From Lepidodermella squamata (taxonomy: Eukaryota; Animalia; Gastrotricha), in contig JBLDXI010000015.1 of NCBI GenBank assembly GCA_047495785.1, positions 3,286,001 to 3,350,000 on the forward strand: 64,000 nt of DNA, read 5' to 3'. Under the pieces are notes generated by a model that worked only from the letters and a program-made list of their open reading frames with translations, did no database searches and was not told where the DNA came from. Positions 57,801-64,000 of the stretch are shown piece by piece. Every line of letters begins with the position of its first letter. Position 1 is the first letter of the stretch. The position numbers and the translations under genes were made by a program.

Positions 57801-60800
57801 GGCAGCCAGAAGGCCCCTGGTGGCAGTAAGATTCGCTCGACTATCGAATCGCTATTTCGCAGCGGTCATCACGCGAGCCATCAAGGCAACAAGGTGGAAC
57901 AGCAACAACACGACACGATCGACAATGACAGCACAAATGAGAGCAAGCAGCGAAAGAACAAATGGTTAGTTTTGTTAGTTGTATAATGGACAAACTAGAA
58001 TTAATATAACAAGTAGTGCAATTTTCACTCGATTTACACCGCAGCCGCCGCCAGCGCGTTGTGTTGATAATTTTTCGCCGGTGTAACTTTCTTGGAAATA
58101 TTATTTCTGGCGCGCGCACACTTTCGCTACGATGACTTTTGCATTTTAGATGATTAGCTTGGCATTAACCCGAGCGCCAGCGCGTCCGGTAAACACAGAT
58201 GACCCTCGCACACATAATAAACTTGTCGCAGTATTAGTGAGGATTATTGCTCATGTCATGCCGCCACCTTAATAATATTACTGCGCGCCTGTCATTTCGC
58301 TGCGCGCTAATCCCCGTGCGCTCTAACTCGACGCTAAAATAAATAAATAGTTGATAAAATAACAATAGGTTTTTGCAACACACGAGATAGCACTTGACTG
58401 CGCTATTTACTAGCTTATAATTGTTTATACGTTTTTGGGGCCATCATTTCAGGCCACGACAAAAAAATGAATGATTTTTTAATGACTTCCAGGCGCTCAA
58501 TCCCCGGCATCAGGCGCTCGTTGTCGAACTTGTTTGTCAATCAGAAGCAAAAACAACAACGGGCAGAAAAACAACAGCAGCAGCAAGCTCAGCAGCAGCA
58601 AAGCGAATTCGTGGCTCAACAAACGTGCCCCGTGTCAAACGCACCGCTGGTTCGAATGCGAAGTAACGACGCGGCGAATCACTCAATGTCAACCAACACC
58701 CTGTCGACGTCCAGCCGGCAGTCGGCGTCGATCGGCGACGGCCAAAGTGCTGATTCTGGCTACTCGCCGTCGACTGAGCCCGAGGTCATCAGCTTAGTCC
58801 CGCATCTCCACGGCGGCTCGATGCGCCTTAAATCTTCGCTACCCCTCAGCTCTTCGATGTACCTGCAGCGGAACAGTCATCCTCAGAATCAACTGGAGCT
58901 AGATTTCGATATCTACGAGCGGCATTGTGAGAAATCGCTCGAGTCGCTGTCGACGAATTGCGGTGCGGAGCCGTCGCGGCTATTTCGGCGGCGTTGTGAT
59001 GCCGAAGATAACTGCGAGGCTGACGACGAAGTGGTGATGGGCGACTGGCCGCCGCCTCACATGCGAACCCGGGGCGCCGTTAGCTCGCCCAACATTCCAC
59101 GGCTAGTTCGTCGAAACGGCGCTTCGTCAGCCGGCGTCCAGCGATTCCGCCCCCAGACGCAGCCGGAAGAATTTATCGACGAAGACGAGGATGAGATGGA
59201 TGACGATTTTCCCGACGATGATTTCATCAATCAGTCAATGTGCGGCGTGGCGAGCAACAACGGCCCGACCGGAAGTCTATGCCGTTTGTCGATGACAAGC
59301 TTCAACGCGCATGCCGAACTGCTGGCCGGAAGTCGGCAGCAACTTCGCCGGCCGCGCCGCATTCGCGCTGTCTCTGACCACAGCCTACACCGGCGTTCAA
59401 AGGTGAGTCACGCGACATATGTCACGCAACCGGAAGTTGCGCAATATCAGCTTAATTAGATAGTAGTGGGTAATCCCCCGGCTCTCTGTTCAGTTGTCAA
59501 ATAAACTTATCTCTATACTCCTTTTCCGCCAATATTGCTAATAAGAGATTAGACTCGTGCGCTTCCGTGACCTAGATGGGCCAGTTGACATTTTATTACG
59601 ACCAGGTATAATTTATTCACATTGGCCCATAATTTTAACTGAATTTTAATTATCGAAACCAAATTTTATAGAATTTCACACGAATCAAGTAATTTAAAAA
59701 TTAAACAATCCACCTCAAAATTTTGAATTTTTTTAAAATTTTAATAATTTTTTCTAGGACCAGCGAGCTCAAGAACGTGAATTGAGTGCCGATCACCATC
59801 AGTGTGGCGAGGCTACTTCGCTGCAACAGCAACATCACGACCATCCTAATCTACTGCTATCCCAAGCCGCGCTTTCCTCGAGCATTATGATGACATCGAC
59901 GCTTGTTAAATCCGCAACTCTCGGCGCGCTGGCGTCGGGCAACAAACATCGCCACAACGCGCCGAAAATTTTAACCGACGTGCCTCGCGCCGAGTTTACG
60001 CTCACGAATTCAACGAGTTTTTTCAACAAATCCGAATCTTCGCTTGTTGATAGACACGCGCCGAAAACAACGAGTAACGATGTATTCGACCCTAACCAGT
60101 TGCAATCTGGCAATCGGCCGCTACCTGCCCCTCCTCAGTCGAAGCAGCGCGTGCCTCTCCCTCAGACCCCGCTTAATAGCAACAACCTCCAGCATCGAAA
60201 TTCAACTTCAATGGCGATGCAGAGCGAAAACTGTGCGGGCAGTCAGAGTTACATTTACGGCAAACCATTCACCGTTACCGATCCAACTTCGACGAGTGGT
60301 ATGACTTTCGAAATCACGCCGATCATGCCTCCTAACAACATGCCGCTACCAAGCAACGCCTCTCAGCATAATGGACCTAAGGTTGGTAGAAAATTCGAGA
60401 TTTTAATTTTTTAGCTAATTTTTTTCATTGCTCTAGACTGTTCCGCACTCGCTGACGTTGTCGAACCTGGGTAGAATCAATGCGGCGCCGAGCGGGCCTG
60501 GTTCAAACGGATCGACCTCGCCTAATTCATCGGCGTCATCTTCAATCGAAAACGCGCCGGCGAAGAAAATGGCCCTCGGTTCATCTTCGATTCTAACATC
60601 GAATCCAAGCTCGAAACTGCTAACAGCCCAAGCCCCAGTTCAACCAACAACGCCAGCGACTGATACCGATAGCGGAAGTGCTGAACAGCAGGAGCAGGTC
60701 TTCAAGCGATTCGGCTGTCAGCGTCTCCTCGAAATGCAGCGGAGAATCGAGGAGAACTGCCGGTTGTCCGAACGGCAACAAAACGAACAGGAAGCTGTTA

Positions 60801-60850
60801 CACGCCTGCTGACCAATATTCGTCGAAATATTCGCACGACAGAAATTTGA
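54854..60850 (+). CDS. Uncharacterised Q/S-rich disordered protein (~904 aa) with C-terminal coil and PDZ-binding motif
   Basis: Exons 54854-55310, 57655-57964, 58493-59402, 59758-60381, 60437-60850 join in frame (phases 1,2,0,0); ends RTTEI. Confidence 0.75.
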
Positions 60851-63800
60851 ATACAGCTTCTCTCTCTTTCTTCTCTTTACTTTCTTCTCGTCGCGAAATT
60901 CAAGACTAATATTCGTTTTTATCATCTTTCTTCGGAAACTGTATTTAATTTTTATTATTTACAAAAAGCTATTTCGTGGCATTCAAATGCTGTTGATGGT
61001 TTTTCACTGGCATGATTGATGACAGCGCGCAAGAAAATTTGCTCTATTTAACTTTTTTTTTTAACAACGTGCAATATATTAATTGAACGAAGACCATCGC
61101 AATCGCATATAATTGGCCACATCATTGGAAAATAAATTACGAAATTTCTGAATTTATCGTCTCTTTTTTATTGGCTCCGACCTCGAAAAAACGGAACGTG
61201 AGAGTGCTCTCAGGGTTTGTTTGCATATCGTCGATTAGCTCTTGTCGGAAGTGACCTATGAAGAGCAGTGAAAGGACATTTTGCCATGCACACCGGATGC
61301 CGGGCTATTGATATCGTTCAGACCGATAAACGAGTGGGTTGTGTTTAATTATTGCATGCGCATGTCTCCGTAAAAAGCGGGCAATAAAACAATCTCAATC
61401 AAAAGTATGAATGAACGAAAGCGGCGCTATGGGCGACGGCCGTAGGAGCATAAATTTTGCAGATGAACTCGTTCGATTGCACCTTATCGCCGTTATTTTT
61501 TCTCTGTATAGGTATACTGCATTCAAATCAAGCGCGAGCACGTCAGCCATTTCTCGGGCGGGGCTGTTTATTTTTTCTATAATATTTTAGCGCAGCTATA
61601 TGACGCGTTTCGTTCAATAGATGATGGCGCGTTCTGAAGCGCGCCGGTGTTGAGAGCATTTTCTGCGTTTTTACCCTTCTGTGCATTCAAAGTGGGTGCG
61701 CGACATACGGCGCAAATGCAAACAGGCGTCCACATGAAGGACCTCCATCTACGGCGCTACAGCAGGAGTCAGCCGCTCGAGAATATATAAAAAATATACA
61801 CTTATTAATACGATTTACCCAGCGCGTGCTTGATTATTTTTCATAATGACGCGCGATAAAATAAAATGCGAACAAAGACGGCGATGGAATGGATGGAAAA
61901 AATAACTAATAATAATAATAATAAATTTAGAGAGGCAAAAAACTGCTGCAATCGACTAACTTGGCATTCAAGCTCGGTTTCTATATTGAGTGTCTGGGTC
62001 GATGGGTTGCCTTCCCCACAAATTAAATATTCAGCAATCTCGCGGTGATGCAGCCGCGGCTTTAATTCACAGTTACTCTCGCAATCAATAGCCGAATGGA
62101 GATAATAAAGCAATAATATCATATTACCATCCAAATTAAATTTCGAGCGGGAAATTCTGGCTGAGTTGATATCAAATGCTGATTTCATGATTCATCTGCG
62201 GAGTTGAAAATTTAATAAACTGGTCGAGTTGTATTCATATGTCTTCGATTCGAGTTTAACAATAGTTTAAAATTCACCGGACCTTGCTTCAGGCTTTGAA
62301 TAAAACGATTACTTTTATCGAACATGCGAGTTACCACGAGTGCAAAACAACACGCATCCCAACGAAACGTGACGTGATGATCAATTATTTATTTCGGAAA
62401 ATATTACAATACACAGCTGTCATCAATTATTGAAGAAAATAAGAAAAAGAAGAAATAGCGTAGAATTTCATCATTAGCCGACGGCACTTTTTGTCTGGTG
62501 TGCGCGCTTGCAAATCTTTCCGTTATACATCTTTTTCAAGGCACACAGAGACATAAGAGCAAATATATATATGAAATATACTGCAATATCTCGAATTATA
62601 GCTATAATGGTTAAAATATGGCGCCGCAGAAGGTGAACATTTGCGCCTAAGAACATGAAAAAGCCTCCAAGCAGGTTAATGGCGGTAATCGCGCTTCGCT
62701 TGAACGTAAACACTCATAAGAAAATAAGAGAAGTGTAAATGTTAGGAAAGTCTTCACTTGGGTTGAAAAAACAGTAAAAAACGACGATTTGAATAACAAA
62801 CGCATAACCGTTTGATTTGATGAGACGCATAAACAGCAAAAAACTAAACGCATATCAACAATCGCGCGCGAAAAAAATTTCGCGATGCATATAATTGAGA
62901 CCATATACCGACGGCTTTTTTCGGCAGGTAGATTGAGGAACGTGCGGTTCAAGACATGATTGGTAGAGCGCAAATAGATCTTGGTTTTTTTTCTTCCAGC
63001 GTTCAACTCACTGTGAACAAAGCAAACACGAGGTTGCTGATATATATTCAACGTGAGCGAAGCTAGAAAATAACGCTTAGAGGTTTGTATAACCGCAATC
63101 AATGATCGAGTGATGCAGCGAATGAGAGATATAATGCACAAAAATTCGTATAGGTAACCAAATGAGTTATAAATGAGAAAAAATGCAGGGAAACCAGGAA
63201 ATGTAAAACGGGGAAAATCATTATAGCAGGACTGAAAAATAAACGATCACATCTGCAGTTTCTTCTAATATGTATACCCAGCACCCAAAAGCGCCAATGC
63301 TATCAGCTAAATCTAAACAGTCCAATTATTCAAGTTTCGACAACCGTTTAAAAACCGTAAGATGAGAAATACGAATTTCAAGTAGGATATTGTAGACAAT
63401 CGAAATTCCCACTATATTTGCACAATTATTAGAACAACTGAACCCAACGCAACGGAAATTAGAACTGAAATCAAAATGATTAATCACTCTGCAACAACAT
63501 GATTTTCCAGCGCTGAATAAATTGTCTTACAGTGAAGCATCAGACCAATCAGAATTAAGCGATTAAAGATTACCAGGAAGATGAATTCACTCTCCAAACA
63601 AATTAGAATTTACAGTGTAAAGTGGCCAAGATACGAGCTGTCATCGGTAAAATCATTAGGGAGACTGATGTTGTGCTAAAAATCAACGTCCGAAGTTGCA
63701 AATTCCGTCAGTAACAATTTATAGTTCAGAGCAGATACATTCCAACTTCATAAATCTTCAAAACCTCAACGTATATGTATATCAGAAAGGCTCGAGATTG

Positions 63801-64000
63801 CGGTCCTCGTAAAATGCGGGCTGCAAAAATATAACAGCAAGAAATGTTAAAGACTGATATTCATTCAAAACAAAGCAATTAGTAAACAGAGTAAACAGCG
63901 GCAATCTTCTCCAATGAATCAATTCGTTAATACCGGTTTTGCATCAAAGAAAGAGTGCGCAAGTGGGATGTTAACGAGTAGTTCGAAGGCGAGTGCGAAC

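Overview
Eukaryotic, gene-dense invertebrate DNA. The ~50-nt introns, frequent GTTAGT/GTTTGT/GTTGGT donors and tightly packed co-oriented genes look nematode-like, but this is inference. 0.9-18.2 kb: a zinc-finger gene cluster. It opens with ~2.2-kb repeat units (short intronless ZF gene, identical U2 snRNA gene, then a tRNA-Ala(AGC) or its relic). Six spliced paralogs (ZF-A to ZF-F) follow. Each fuses an ~200-aa N-terminal domain I cannot assign to a known family (four beta-CxxC-beta repeats, one per phase-2 exon) to C2H2-C2HC finger doublets. Five of them lie 63-165 bp apart, like an operon. The ORF track misses this domain because it is split into short exons; it is the best candidate for an undescribed system. 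18.6-32.4 kb: a 12-exon laminin alpha-3/5-type gene (minus), head-to-head with MGAT1. Then site-2 protease, a 95-aa mitochondrial-type microprotein, TACO1 and a RING-less B-box/coiled-coil/propeller gene. 42.5-49.4 kb: a MITE-rich island with two paralogous PPxY single-pass membrane proteins flanking a stand-alone USP8 N-terminal (MIT) domain gene bounded by 97-bp direct repeats. 54.9-60.9 kb: a ~904-aa disordered protein with a C-terminal coil and PDZ-binding end, set in long non-coding flanks. All gene models were spliced by eye and no database searches were run.
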